From Acidobacteriota bacterium (GTDB lineage: Bacteria; Acidobacteriota; UBA6911; RPQK01; JADFOI01), in assembly GCA_963663035.1 (NCBI GenBank), contig OY760074.1:1088001-1152000 (forward strand): 64,000 bases of DNA, given 5' to 3'. Position 1 is the first letter of the stretch. Each line of letters starts with the position of its first letter. A model generated the notes under the pieces. The model was not told the DNA's origin, made no database searches, and saw nothing but the letters and a program-made list of their open reading frames with translations. Below, one piece after another: positions 17,925 through 27,526 of this stretch. Both the position numbers and the translations under genes were made by a program.

Positions 17925-20351
17925 ATGGTCCTTTTGGTCGGCCCTCATCATTTGTCACCTCAAATCCTTAAGATTCTGAGGTTGATTGCCAGGTTCAGAA
18001 CCCTCCTGGGCTGGATGGGAATCGCCTTGCTGGGGGTGGCTTCGTTTCCGGCGGCCAGGGGGCAGTCCTTGAGTCCGGTCCCGTCACATGCCTCCGAACA
18101 ACGGGCGGTCCTGGATCGCTACTGCGTGGTGTGCCACAACGAACAGGCCCTGACGGCCGGACTGGCGCTTGACAGGCTGGACATCGAGCAGGTCAGCGAA
18201 GGAGCGCCGCAGTGGGAGAAGGTGTTGCGCAAACTTCAAGGCCGGGCCATGCCTCCTGCGGGTATGCCCAGGCCCGATGAGGCCACCTACGAGTCCCTGG
18301 CCAACTACCTCGTAGGGGAACTGGATGGCGCCAGGCCCAACCCCGGCAGGCCCGTCCTCCATCGCCTCAACCGGGCTGAGTACACCAACGCCATCCGCGA
18401 TTTGGTGGCCTTGGAAATAGATGGAACGTCACTTCTTCCCGCCGATGACTCGGGCTATGGTTTTGACAACATTGGCGACGTCCTCTCGGTGTCGCCCATG
18501 CTGCTGGAAAGATATATGTCAGCGGCACGAAAGATCAGTCGTCTCGCCATCGGAAGTCACACGGGACGTCCCGACTCACAGACCTATGATGTTTCAAGGT
18601 TCCTGGGCCAGGAGGACCGCACCAGCGACGAACTGCCCTTTGGCTCGCGAGGTGGAATTGCAGTTCGCCATTTCTTCCCTCTCGATGGCGACTATCTCAT
18701 CAAGGTCCGCCTGAAAACCAACTATAGCGGCCAGTCTATTCTCGGCATCGCCGAGCAGCACCAGCTCGATATCCACCTGGATCGACAGAAAGTGGGACAG
18801 TTTACAGTTGGTGGGGCTGCCAGGGATGCGCCGCGAGACGCTCCGGTTGAGGAGGAGGCGCCGGATGCCCACCTGGAAGTCCGCATCCCGGTCACGGCTG
18901 GTCCGCACCTGGTCGGGGTCTCGTTTCTGAAGGAAGTATGGGTACGTGAGCAGATGATTCTACCGACCTTCACCAGTGTGGAGCGTGAGGAGGCTGGCGT
19001 GGGCAGTGTGACCATCGTTGGGCCTGACAATCCTCAAGGCCCGGGGGAGACGCCCAGTCGGAGCAGAATTTTTGTGTGCCGCCCCACCAGCAGCCAGGAT
19101 GAGGAAGCCTGCGCCGGGAAGATTATCTCCGCCTTGGCACGTCTGGCCTATCGCCGTCCGATCGCGGATGATGAGGTCCCCAACCTGCTCATTCCCTACC
19201 ATGCCGGCCGCAGCGAGGATGGCTTTGAGGCGGGAATCGAATTGGCGCTTCAGAGAATCCTGGTCTCCCCGGAATTCTTGTTTCGCATCGAACAGGATCC
19301 GGAGAACGTGGAGCCGGGTACCACCTATCCCATCAGCGATCTCGAGTTGGCCTCCCGCTTGTCGTTTTTTCTGTGGAGCAGCATACCCGACGACCCGCTT
19401 CTGGATGTAGCGGTCCAGGGACAACTCAAAGACTCCACCGTGCTGGAGACGCAGGTGGGTAGGATGCTGCGCGATCCCCGCTCCAGGGCTCTGGTGAGCA
19501 ATTTCGCCGGACAGTGGCTGTTTCTGCGCAATATAGCGTCAGTGGCGCCCGATTTGGGGGAGTTCCCCGAATTCGACGAGAATCTGCGGGAAGCGCTCCA
19601 GCGGGAGACAGAGCTTTTCTTTGAAAGTATGCTGCAAGAGGACCACAGCGTGGTGGATCTGTTGGATGCCGACTACACCTTCCTGAACGAACGTCTGGCC
19701 CGCCACTACGGCATTCCCAACGTCTACGGCAACCACTTTCGGCGGGTGACGCTGGAGCATGAGGAACGGAAAGGATTGTTGGGCAAGGGAAGTATTTTAA
19801 CGGCCACCTCCTATGCCAACAGGACCTCCCCGGTTCTGCGAGGCAAGTGGGTCTTGGACAACGTTCTGGGCACACCGCCGCCGCCGCCGCCGCCCAACGT
19901 TCCGGAGTTGGAGGAAGCCAGCAGCGATGGCCAGCCTCGCACCATGCGCCAACGCATGGAAGAGCACCGTGCCAATCCCGCCTGTGCCGTTTGCCATGCG
20001 CGTATGGACCCGCTGGGCTTTGCCCTGGAGAACTTTGATGCCATCGGTGGGTGGCGGGCCACTGAAGCGGGCAGGCCGATTGATTCCTCGGGAGTTCTGC
20101 CTGACGGAACCCAGTTTGAGGGCGCCTCAGGACTGCGCGAGGTGTTACTGAGCCGCCGCGAGGAGTTCGTCAGGAACGTCACCGAAAAACTCCTGACCTA
20201 CGCCCTGGGCCGAGGAACTGAGTATTACGATGCTCCGGCCGTGCGCTCCATTATGCGGGAGGCTGCTCCCAGCGACTACCGCTGGTCGTCGCTGATTGTG
20301 GGCATTGTCAAGAGCACGCCATTTCAAATGAGGAGGTCAGAAGAGCCATGA
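17925..20351 (+). CDS. DUF1587/1595/1592/1588/1585 (PSD/PSCyt) c-type cytochrome protein
   Basis: Two CxxCH motifs (CVVCH, CAVCH), 'RLNRAEYTNAIRDL', 'GFDNIGD', 'ELASRLSFFLWSSIPD', 'TSPVLRGKWV'. Confidence 0.92.
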   Translation: MVLLVGPHHLSPQILKILRLIARFRTLLGWMGIALLGVASFPAARGQSLSPVPSHASEQRAVLDRYCVVCHNEQALTAGLALDRLDIEQVSEGAPQWEKVLRKLQGRAMPPAGMPRPDEATYESLANYLVGELDGARPNPGRPVLHRLNRAEYTNAIRDLVALEIDGTSLLPADDSGYGFDNIGDVLSVSPMLLERYMSAARKISRLAIGSHTGRPDSQTYDVSRFLGQEDRTSDELPFGSRGGIAVRHFFPLDGDYLIKVRLKTNYSGQSILGIAEQHQLDIHLDRQKVGQFTVGGAARDAPRDAPVEEEAPDAHLEVRIPVTAGPHLVGVSFLKEVWVREQMILPTFTSVEREEAGVGSVTIVGPDNPQGPGETPSRSRIFVCRPTSSQDEEACAGKIISALARLAYRRPIADDEVPNLLIPYHAGRSEDGFEAGIELALQRILVSPEFLFRIEQDPENVEPGTTYPISDLELASRLSFFLWSSIPDDPLLDVAVQGQLKDSTVLETQVGRMLRDPRSRALVSNFAGQWLFLRNIASVAPDLGEFPEFDENLREALQRETELFFESMLQEDHSVVDLLDADYTFLNERLARHYGIPNVYGNHFRRVTLEHEERKGLLGKGSILTATSYANRTSPVLRGKWVLDNVLGTPPPPPPPNVPELEEASSDGQPRTMRQRMEEHRANPACAVCHARMDPLGFALENFDAIGGWRATEAGRPIDSSGVLPDGTQFEGASGLREVLLSRREEFVRNVTEKLLTYALGRGTEYYDAPAVRSIMREAAPSDYRWSSLIVGIVKSTPFQMRRSEEP

Positions 20352-21694
20352 TTATTACCAAGAAAGCCTTACCTCGCCGCACCTTTTTACGCGGTGTCGG
20401 CGCCACCCTGGCTTTGCCGCTGCTGGACTCCATGGTTCCGGCACTGGCGGCCGCACCCGCGGTCCAATCGCCGACCCGCCTGTCCGTTGTCTATGTTCCC
20501 AACGGAATGATCATGGACAAGTGGACTCCGGCGGCGCTGGGCTCCAATTACGAGTTGACGACGATTATGGAGCCCCTGGCTCCCTTTCGGGATGACATAA
20601 CGGTGATGAGCGGACTGGCCCACAATACGGGTTGGGCGTTAGAAGGCGAAGGCCCGGGGGAACATGCCCGCGCCAGCGCCACTTTCCTGACGGGCGTTCA
20701 CCCCAAGAAGACAGAGGGCGCCGATCTTCGCGCGGGGACTTCGATTGACCAGATCGTGGCCCGGGAATTCCGTCAGCACACCCAACTGGCGTCACTCGAG
20801 GTGGCCCTGGATTCCACCGATGTGGTGGGCACCTGCGACACCGGCTATAGCTGCGCCTACAGCAATACGCTCTGTTGGAGCAACCCCACCACGCCGGTAC
20901 CGATGGAGAACAAGCCGCGCGCGGTATTCGAACGGTTGTTTGGCGACAGTGACAGTACCGACCCGGCCCAGCTGCGTGCCCGGCGTCGGACCGACCGCAG
21001 CATTCTGGACCTGGTGAGCCAGGATGTCTCTCGTCTCCTGGGGCGGCTGGGGTCCAGGGACCGCGCCAAGCTGACCCAGTATCTCGATTCTATCCGTGAT
21101 ATCGAACGCCGCATCCAGATTGCCGAGGAACAGCCGGCCCGCGAGCTGCCCTCCGTGGAGCGGCCCGTAGGGGTTCCCCCGACCTTTACCGCACATTGCA
21201 AGCTCATGATGGATCTGCAGGTCCTGGCCTACCAGACCGATATGACCCGCGTCATCACCTTCATGATGGGCCGCGAGCAGAACACCCGAGTCTATAACGA
21301 GCTCGGCATCAAGGACGCCTACCACCCCCTGTCGCACCATCAGAACGATTCTGCCAAGATCGCCCAGGTACTCCAGATCGACATCCTTCACAGTGAGATG
21401 TTCGCCTACTATCTGGAGAAGATGCGATCGACGCCTGACGGCGATGGCTCCCTGCTGGACCATTCGATTATTCTCTACGGCAGTTCCTTGAGCGACGGCA
21501 ACCTCCATGTCCACAACGATCTGCCCATCATGCTGGTGGGTGGGGGAGCCGGCCAACTCAAAGGAGGTCGTCACGTCCGCTATCCGGACGACACGCCGAC
21601 CACCAATCTGTTCCTGACCCTGCTGGACAAGTTGAATATTCCCCTGGAGAACTTCGGCGACAGCACGGGAAGGCTCGATCTGCTGCCCGTCTAG
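20348..21694 (+). CDS. DUF1552 domain protein, Tat-exported
   Basis: 'RRTFLRGVGATLALPLLDSM', 'CDTGYSCAY', 'YQTDMTRVITFM', 'DGSLLDHS'. ATGA overlap with the upstream gene. Confidence 0.92.
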   Translation: MIITKKALPRRTFLRGVGATLALPLLDSMVPALAAAPAVQSPTRLSVVYVPNGMIMDKWTPAALGSNYELTTIMEPLAPFRDDITVMSGLAHNTGWALEGEGPGEHARASATFLTGVHPKKTEGADLRAGTSIDQIVAREFRQHTQLASLEVALDSTDVVGTCDTGYSCAYSNTLCWSNPTTPVPMENKPRAVFERLFGDSDSTDPAQLRARRRTDRSILDLVSQDVSRLLGRLGSRDRAKLTQYLDSIRDIERRIQIAEEQPARELPSVERPVGVPPTFTAHCKLMMDLQVLAYQTDMTRVITFMMGREQNTRVYNELGIKDAYHPLSHHQNDSAKIAQVLQIDILHSEMFAYYLEKMRSTPDGDGSLLDHSIILYGSSLSDGNLHVHNDLPIMLVGGGAGQLKGGRHVRYPDDTPTTNLFLTLLDKLNIPLENFGDSTGRLDLLPV

Positions 21695-21711
21695 AAGAAA
21701 GTGAGAGGAAG

Positions 21712-23208
21712 ATGAGTCACAAGATCAAAGGCCCCAAAGCCTCCTGCATGATTATGCTGCTGACCCTGTCGCTGGCCAGTCTGGTGGCAGCCAGCAGTGA
21801 TCTTCAACTGGTGGAGGCGGTCGAGAGGGGAGACCGGGAGGGCGTGCGTTCGCTGCTGGAGCAAGATGCCGATGTCAATACCCCTCAGGCCGACGGCACA
21901 ACGGCACTGCACTGGGCGGCCCACCGGGACGATCTGGAAACGGCGGAACTTTTAATGGCTGCCGGCGCAGACGTAAACGCCGCCAACAACTATGGCATCA
22001 CTCCACTCTCCCTGGCCTGCACCAACGGCAGTGCGGCTATGGTCGCCAAGCTGTTGACAGCCGGGGCCAATGCCAACGCCGTCCGACAGACAGGAGTGAC
22101 GGTTCTCATGACAGCCGCCCATACCGGCGACCTTGAGGTGGTGAATCTGCTGCTGGCCCACGGAGCAGACGTCAACGGGCGGGAAACCCGGCGGGAACAG
22201 ACGGCTCTGATGTGGGCAGTGGAGCAAAAGCACACGGGAGTGGTGCGTGCATTGATCGAGCGTGGAGCAGATGTTCACGCCCTTTCCAGGGGTGGATTTA
22301 CGCCCTTGCTTTTTGGCGCCCAGCAGGGCGATCTGGACTCTGTTCAGGCGTTGCTGGGAGCGGGTGTGACCGTCAATGAGACCTCGCCGCAATGGGGCAG
22401 TGCCCTGGTGACAGCGACCGCCCGCGGCCATGAGGAGCTCTCATTATTTCTACTGGAGAAGGGCGCCGATCCCAACGCGGCGGACGGCAACGGGATCACC
22501 GCTTTGCACTACTCGGTGCTGAGAGGATTGGCCGCCATGGCCAATGCCTCCCAACACCTGGGCGTCAACTCCCTTTTCTATCGGCCCAACATGAGTGAGC
22601 TGGTGAAAGCGCTCCTGGCAAGTGGAGCCAACCCCAACGCTCGAATCAAGAAGGAGGCAAGGATTGGAGTCAGCGGCGGCGGGGTCCATGTGAAGATGGC
22701 CGGAGCGACACCGCTTGCGCTGGCCAGCATAGCCGCCGATCCCGACCTGGTTCGGCTTCTGATTGAAGGGGGAGCCGATGTGGGACTGGCGACCGAAAAT
22801 GGTCTGACCTCGCTGATGGCAGCGGCGGGTCTGGCCCATAAGATGGACCGCCCAAACAAACAGGAGTACGAGAACGCTGTGGAAGTCGCCAAGTTCTTGG
22901 TCGAGAACGGTGCCGACGTCAATTTCGTCGGCGAGAAAGGGTGGACGGCACTGCACGGAGCTGCCTATGTTGGAGCCGACGCGATGGTGCAGTTGCTGGT
23001 GGATAGCGGTGCCAGGCTGGATGTGATTGACGTTTTCCTGCAGACGCCGTGGAGTATCGCAGAGGGAATTATCGGGGCAGCCAGCAAGGGTGTTGCCGAG
23101 CAGCCCGGCGGCCCCCACCCCAGTACAGCGAAGCTGCTTCTCGAACTGGGCTCCGATCCCCTGGTCGTTCCGGAGCTGCCGGCCAAGTACAGACAGTTGA
23201 GCCGGTGA
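21712..23208 (+). CDS. Exported ankyrin repeat protein
   Basis: Many 'GxTALHWA/TPL…GADVN' repeats. Usual partner of DUF1592/DUF1552 genes. Confidence 0.93.
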   Translation: MSHKIKGPKASCMIMLLTLSLASLVAASSDLQLVEAVERGDREGVRSLLEQDADVNTPQADGTTALHWAAHRDDLETAELLMAAGADVNAANNYGITPLSLACTNGSAAMVAKLLTAGANANAVRQTGVTVLMTAAHTGDLEVVNLLLAHGADVNGRETRREQTALMWAVEQKHTGVVRALIERGADVHALSRGGFTPLLFGAQQGDLDSVQALLGAGVTVNETSPQWGSALVTATARGHEELSLFLLEKGADPNAADGNGITALHYSVLRGLAAMANASQHLGVNSLFYRPNMSELVKALLASGANPNARIKKEARIGVSGGGVHVKMAGATPLALASIAADPDLVRLLIEGGADVGLATENGLTSLMAAAGLAHKMDRPNKQEYENAVEVAKFLVENGADVNFVGEKGWTALHGAAYVGADAMVQLLVDSGARLDVIDVFLQTPWSIAEGIIGAASKGVAEQPGGPHPSTAKLLLELGSDPLVVPELPAKYRQLSR

Positions 23209-23217
23209 CCTTGGAGC

Positions 23218-23282
23218 AAGAGCTTCGGGTTGGAACGTTCCCTAGGCGGGGAGCCTAGGAAACGTTCCAACCCGAAGCTCTT
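23218..23282. terminator. Long inverted repeat between convergent genes
   Basis: 29 of 30 bp pair: AAGAGCTTCGGGTTGGAACGTT-c-CCTAGGC with GCCTAGG-a-AACGTTCCAACCCGAAGCTCTT, 5-nt loop. Confidence 0.7.
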
Positions 23283-23305
23283 CATCTCCATCTTCTAGAA
23301 CTTCA

Positions 23306-25252
23306 CTAATTCCCGCTTGTTCCCAGGTACTGAGCCTCAATCTCCGCATCTGAGAAGTTGTAGACGGGTCCTATCGGTTGAACGCCAAGCTGACTTGCCA
23401 GGGATGACTGCAGCTGGATAATCCTGCCTCCCACCATGGTCAGGGGAGTGCGGACCTTCAAGATGTCATTGACCGGGACGGTAAAGTAGTCACGGTCCAA
23501 GACCACCAGATCTGCAAACTTGCCCTCTTCCAGGGTGCCGAGCTCGTCTTCCTTCAGAACGTATTCGGATGCCCAGGTCGTCCACATCTTCATGGCCTGC
23601 ACCCGGTCAATCCGTTCGTCGGGCTGCCAGACTTCCCCATAATGGAGGCGGGTCACCGCCTGCCACAGCGTCCTCATGGGTGGTGTCCGCCCATAATGCT
23701 GGCCCACCAGCTTCACACCTGCCTCGAGCCAGGTCTTGAAGGGCAGGATAAAGGGCTGGATTTGTTCGCCGTAGTCGCGAACCCAGGCAGGTGACTCACT
23801 GACGATGTCGGGTCCGCAGCTCAGATAGACCCCGTAGTCAATCAATCCCTGAATGACCTCGGGTTGCTGTCCGATCAGATTGCAGTGCTCGCCGGTAACT
23901 CTCATGTCACGCACCTGCTGCATCGTCCAGCCGTTGACTTCGCGGGCCTCATCGATCATACGGAAGAAGGCTCGCGCGCTTTCGCTGCCGCACATGTGCA
24001 CTCCCGCCAGGCGCCAGCCGGCGGCGGCGGCGTTTTCAAGCGTATCCCAGGGCAGTTCCCCCGGTACCGGGCAAACCTCTCGAGACTTGATGTTGGGTGG
24101 AGCGATGGTATCGGCTCCTGTGCACGATTCCGGGTAGACTGAATCCCAGCGTTCCGAGGCCACGCCGTCAATCCACAGGTAGTCGTCTCCTATGCCCTGC
24201 AGCACTCCTGTTCTGCGATAAATTTGACGGGTCTGTTGGGGATCGGTCGGCATGCGATGGATCTCGTAATGGGCAGAAAAACGAATCGGCATTTGACCCA
24301 GACCAGCCAGGGTGGCATACCCGCCCATGATTTTGGGGAACTGAACACGGCTGGAAAAGGTGGTGATCCCTTTGGTAGTGGCCTCTTCAGAAATGATCCG
24401 GATAGCCTCGGCCAGAGTTGCCAGAGGAACTTTTTCCAGAAAGAGCTCCCAGGTGATGACGGACATCTCCTGGCTGCCCACCCATCCGATCTCTTGAATG
24501 TCCTCTCCGATAACGTCTCCGTGCATGGTCTCGTGGATGGAGGCACCATATCCGGGGAGAAACTCCTCCATGACCTCCAGGGCCTTGGAGTTGAGGTTGC
24601 CTCTCAACCCGGGTCGCATCAGCACCGGGTTGTCCGGAGCCCACTGATCGAGAGTTCTCCGGTTGGTTAAACGCCGGGTCATTCCCCACAGGCTGAGCTG
24701 GCGGGGCGCTTCATCAGGATGACCTTGCAAACTGAGTACGATCCAGTCACCCGGGTCGACCTCCTTGACCGCATCCTGAAGAGCATCGCGCAGAATGCCT
24801 TGAGTGAGTTCCAGGTCAGTGGGGTGGGCTTGGGCCGAGGTAAGATAGACTCCCTCGGGGGGATACTGAAAGCCCAACCGACCCAGATGCTGGACGGCAC
24901 CGCCATACATGTGGCTGTGGGACTCAATAATGCCAGGTATCAGGGTCTTCCCCTCCAAATCGAGGACCGTGGTGTTCGGACCTGCCATGGCCCTCACCTG
25001 GGAGGTGGTTCCCAGTTTCATGATCCTGTCGCCCTTGATGGCAATGGCTTGATAGATGTTCCCCACGTCAGTTGAGATGGAACGGTCGTCCATGCTCACC
25101 ACCTTGCCATCGATAAAGATGGTGTCAGCATACCCCTGCTGGGCCACTTCGGGAGCCACCTGAGCGAACGAGTCGCTCACCTGGATCAGAAACAGCGAGC
25201 TGAGGGCCAGGGAAAAAACAAGAGATTTGACGGCCCATTGATCGGTTCTCAT
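23306..25252 (-). CDS. Exported amidohydrolase (YtcJ-like), paralog P1
   Basis: Signal peptide, 'PGIIESHSH', 'GVHMCGS', 'GEHC', 'GTLEEGKFADLVVLDRD', RBS GGAGG. Confidence 0.9.
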   Translation of the reverse strand: MRTDQWAVKSLVFSLALSSLFLIQVSDSFAQVAPEVAQQGYADTIFIDGKVVSMDDRSISTDVGNIYQAIAIKGDRIMKLGTTSQVRAMAGPNTTVLDLEGKTLIPGIIESHSHMYGGAVQHLGRLGFQYPPEGVYLTSAQAHPTDLELTQGILRDALQDAVKEVDPGDWIVLSLQGHPDEAPRQLSLWGMTRRLTNRRTLDQWAPDNPVLMRPGLRGNLNSKALEVMEEFLPGYGASIHETMHGDVIGEDIQEIGWVGSQEMSVITWELFLEKVPLATLAEAIRIISEEATTKGITTFSSRVQFPKIMGGYATLAGLGQMPIRFSAHYEIHRMPTDPQQTRQIYRRTGVLQGIGDDYLWIDGVASERWDSVYPESCTGADTIAPPNIKSREVCPVPGELPWDTLENAAAAGWRLAGVHMCGSESARAFFRMIDEAREVNGWTMQQVRDMRVTGEHCNLIGQQPEVIQGLIDYGVYLSCGPDIVSESPAWVRDYGEQIQPFILPFKTWLEAGVKLVGQHYGRTPPMRTLWQAVTRLHYGEVWQPDERIDRVQAMKMWTTWASEYVLKEDELGTLEEGKFADLVVLDRDYFTVPVNDILKVRTPLTMVGGRIIQLQSSLASQLGVQPIGPVYNFSDAEIEAQYLGTSGN

Positions 25253-25317
25253 AAAGACCTCCTTGCTAAAATTGACGGTTTTCTGACAGTCTCCGCAAAG
25301 TAGCTGTATTACAGAGA

Positions 25318-25346
25318 ACTATACAACTAAAAACCCAGAACACCAA
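25318..25346 (-). promoter_or_regulatory. Putative promoter of P1
   Basis: TTGGTG-17-TATAGT, with the same layout upstream of P2 and P3. Confidence 0.5.
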
Positions 25347-25380
25347 AGGAAAGTTATTAGGAGAAATAAACCAATGCAGT

Positions 25381-25415
25381 GTTAGGGCGCACGGCTTTAC
25401 ACGGTGCGCCCCTAC
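25381..25415. repeat. Degenerate REP-like palindrome
   Basis: GTTAGGGCGCACGG…CGGTGCGCCCCTAC, a variant of 27478-27505. Confidence 0.65.
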
Positions 25416-25437
25416 CTACATGAGTTCCCTGAGAGCT

Positions 25438-27378
25438 TTAATTGTCTCCCAGGAATCGTTCCGCTACGTCCTCATCTGAAAAGTTGTAGCTGGGTCCTAT
25501 CGGGCGGACGCCAAATTGGCTGGCCAGGGCTGCCTGCAACTGGACAATCCTCCCTCCCACCATGGTCATGGGAGTTCGGACCTTCAGGATGTCATTGACC
25601 GAAACGGTAAAGTAATCTCGGTCCAAGACCACCAGATCCGCGAACTTGCCCTCTTCCAAAGTTCCGATCATGTCCTCCTTCAGGACATATTCGGCTGCCC
25701 AGGAGGTCCACATCTTCATGGCCTGCACCCGGTCAATCCGTTCGTCGGGCTGCCAGACGACACCATCAAACTGGCGAGTCACCGCTTGCCACTGCCTATT
25801 AAAGGGTGGTGTGCCGCCAGAACTCTGCCCGACCAGCTTGACACCCGAGTCAAGCCAAGTCTTGAGAGGAATGATAAAGGGCTGGATTTGTTCGCCATAG
25901 TCTCGAATCCAGGCCGGTGAATCTCCGGCATTGCCGGGATTACAGCTCAAGATGATGCCATAATCCTTCAAGCCCTGAATAATATCGGGCTGCTGTCCGA
26001 TCACATTACAGTGCTCGCCTGTCAATCTCAGGTCACGCACCTGCTGCATCGTCCAGCCGTTGACCTCGCGGGCTTCATCGATCATCCGCATGAAGGCTCG
26101 TGCACTTTCGCTTCCGCAGATGTGCACTCCCGCCAGCCGCCAGCCGGCAGCGGCTGCATTTTCAAGTGTATCCCAAGGCAGTTCCCCGGGTACCGGGCAG
26201 ACCTCTCGAGACTTGATATTGGGTGGAGCGATCGTATCCGGTCCTGTGCACGATTCCGGATAGATTGAATCCCAGCGCTCCGAGGCCACGCCGTCAATCC
26301 ACAGATAGTCGTCTCCTATGCCCTGCAGCACCCCTGTTCGGCGATAGATTTGACGGGTCTGCTGGGGATCAGTGGGCATGCGATGGATCTCGTAGTGGGC
26401 AGAGAAACGAATCGGCAGTTGGCCGATACCGGCCAGGGTGGCATATCCGCTCATGATCTTGGGGAATTGAATGCGGCTTGAAAAGGTGGTGATTCCCGTG
26501 GTCGTGGCCTCTTCTGAGATGATCCTGATGGCCTCGGCCAGAGTGGCCAGAGGCACTTTTTCCAGAAAAAGCTCCCAGGTGATGACGGACATTTCCTGGC
26601 TGCCCACCCATCCGATCTCTTGAATGTCCTCTCCGATGACGTCTCCGTGCATGGTTTCATGGATGGAGGCACCATATCCGGGGAGAAACTCTTCCATGAC
26701 CTCCAGGGCCTTGGAGTTGATGTTGCCTCTTAAGCCGGGATTCATCAGTACCGGGTTCTCCGGTGCCCACTGGTCGAGGGTCCTACGGTTGGTCACGCGT
26801 CGGGTCATGGACCACAGGCGAAGCTGCTGGGGAAGCTCGTCAGGATGACTCCCCAGCCGGAGCACGATCCAGTCACCCGGGTCGACCTGCTTGACCGCCT
26901 CCTGGAGGGCATCGCGCAGAATGCCCTGGGTTTGTTCCAGGTCGGAGGGATGCGCCTGAGCCGAGGTAAAGTACACTCCTTCGGGGGGATACTTGAATCC
27001 CAAACGATCCAGATGCTGTACGGCTCGACCGTACATGTGGGTGTGGGGCTCAATAATGCCAGGTATCAGGGTCTTTCCTTCCAAGTCGAAAACCTGGGTA
27101 TTGGGACCTGCCATGGCCCTGACCTGGGATGTGGTTCCCAGCTTCATGATCTTTTCGCCCTTGACCGCTATGGCCTGATAGACGGTTCCCAAGCTGGTTG
27201 AGTTGGAGAAATCGTCCATGCTCACCACCTTGCCGTCAATAAAGATGGTGTCAGCATAGCCCTGCTGGGCCACTTCGGGGGCCACCTGGGCGAAGGTGTC
27301 GGTTACCTGGACTAAAAGCAGGGTGCTCAGGGCCAGGGAAAAGATAAGGGGTTTGACATGCCATTGATCGGTTCTCAT
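25438..27378 (-). CDS. Exported amidohydrolase, paralog P2 (start at MRTDQW)
   Basis: Same motifs as P1 ('EPHTH', 'GVHICGS', 'GEHC'). The ATG at 27378 has an RBS and matches the paralog starts. Confidence 0.9.
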   Translation of the reverse strand: MRTDQWHVKPLIFSLALSTLLLVQVTDTFAQVAPEVAQQGYADTIFIDGKVVSMDDFSNSTSLGTVYQAIAVKGEKIMKLGTTSQVRAMAGPNTQVFDLEGKTLIPGIIEPHTHMYGRAVQHLDRLGFKYPPEGVYFTSAQAHPSDLEQTQGILRDALQEAVKQVDPGDWIVLRLGSHPDELPQQLRLWSMTRRVTNRRTLDQWAPENPVLMNPGLRGNINSKALEVMEEFLPGYGASIHETMHGDVIGEDIQEIGWVGSQEMSVITWELFLEKVPLATLAEAIRIISEEATTTGITTFSSRIQFPKIMSGYATLAGIGQLPIRFSAHYEIHRMPTDPQQTRQIYRRTGVLQGIGDDYLWIDGVASERWDSIYPESCTGPDTIAPPNIKSREVCPVPGELPWDTLENAAAAGWRLAGVHICGSESARAFMRMIDEAREVNGWTMQQVRDLRLTGEHCNVIGQQPDIIQGLKDYGIILSCNPGNAGDSPAWIRDYGEQIQPFIIPLKTWLDSGVKLVGQSSGGTPPFNRQWQAVTRQFDGVVWQPDERIDRVQAMKMWTSWAAEYVLKEDMIGTLEEGKFADLVVLDRDYFTVSVNDILKVRTPMTMVGGRIVQLQAALASQFGVRPIGPSYNFSDEDVAERFLGDN

Positions 27379-27414
27379 AAAGACCTCCTTCAAAGATTGG
27401 ATGTAATACAGGTC

Positions 27415-27443
27415 ACTATATAACCAAAAACCTGCAAAACCAA
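27415..27443 (-). promoter_or_regulatory. Putative promoter of P2
   Basis: TTGGTT-17-TATAGT. Confidence 0.5.
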
Positions 27444-27477
27444 AGGGAAAAGTTAGGAGAAACAAACCAATGCAAAG

Positions 27478-27505
27478 GTAGGGGCGCACGGCCGTGCGCC
27501 CCTAC
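27478..27505. repeat. GTAG-type REP-like perfect palindrome
   Basis: GTAGGGGCGCACGGCCGTGCGCCCCTAC, 28 bp and fully self-complementary, downstream of P3. Confidence 0.8.
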
Positions 27506-27526
27506 CTACATGAGTTCTCGGGAGCT

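Noticed and set aside
25438-27489. Listed upstream starts for P2 (27489), TBDR1 (38542), P6 (55226) and coxS (57628)
   Set aside because: Paralog alignment, RBS position or overlap with the upstream gene favour 27378, 38479, 55193 and about 57757.
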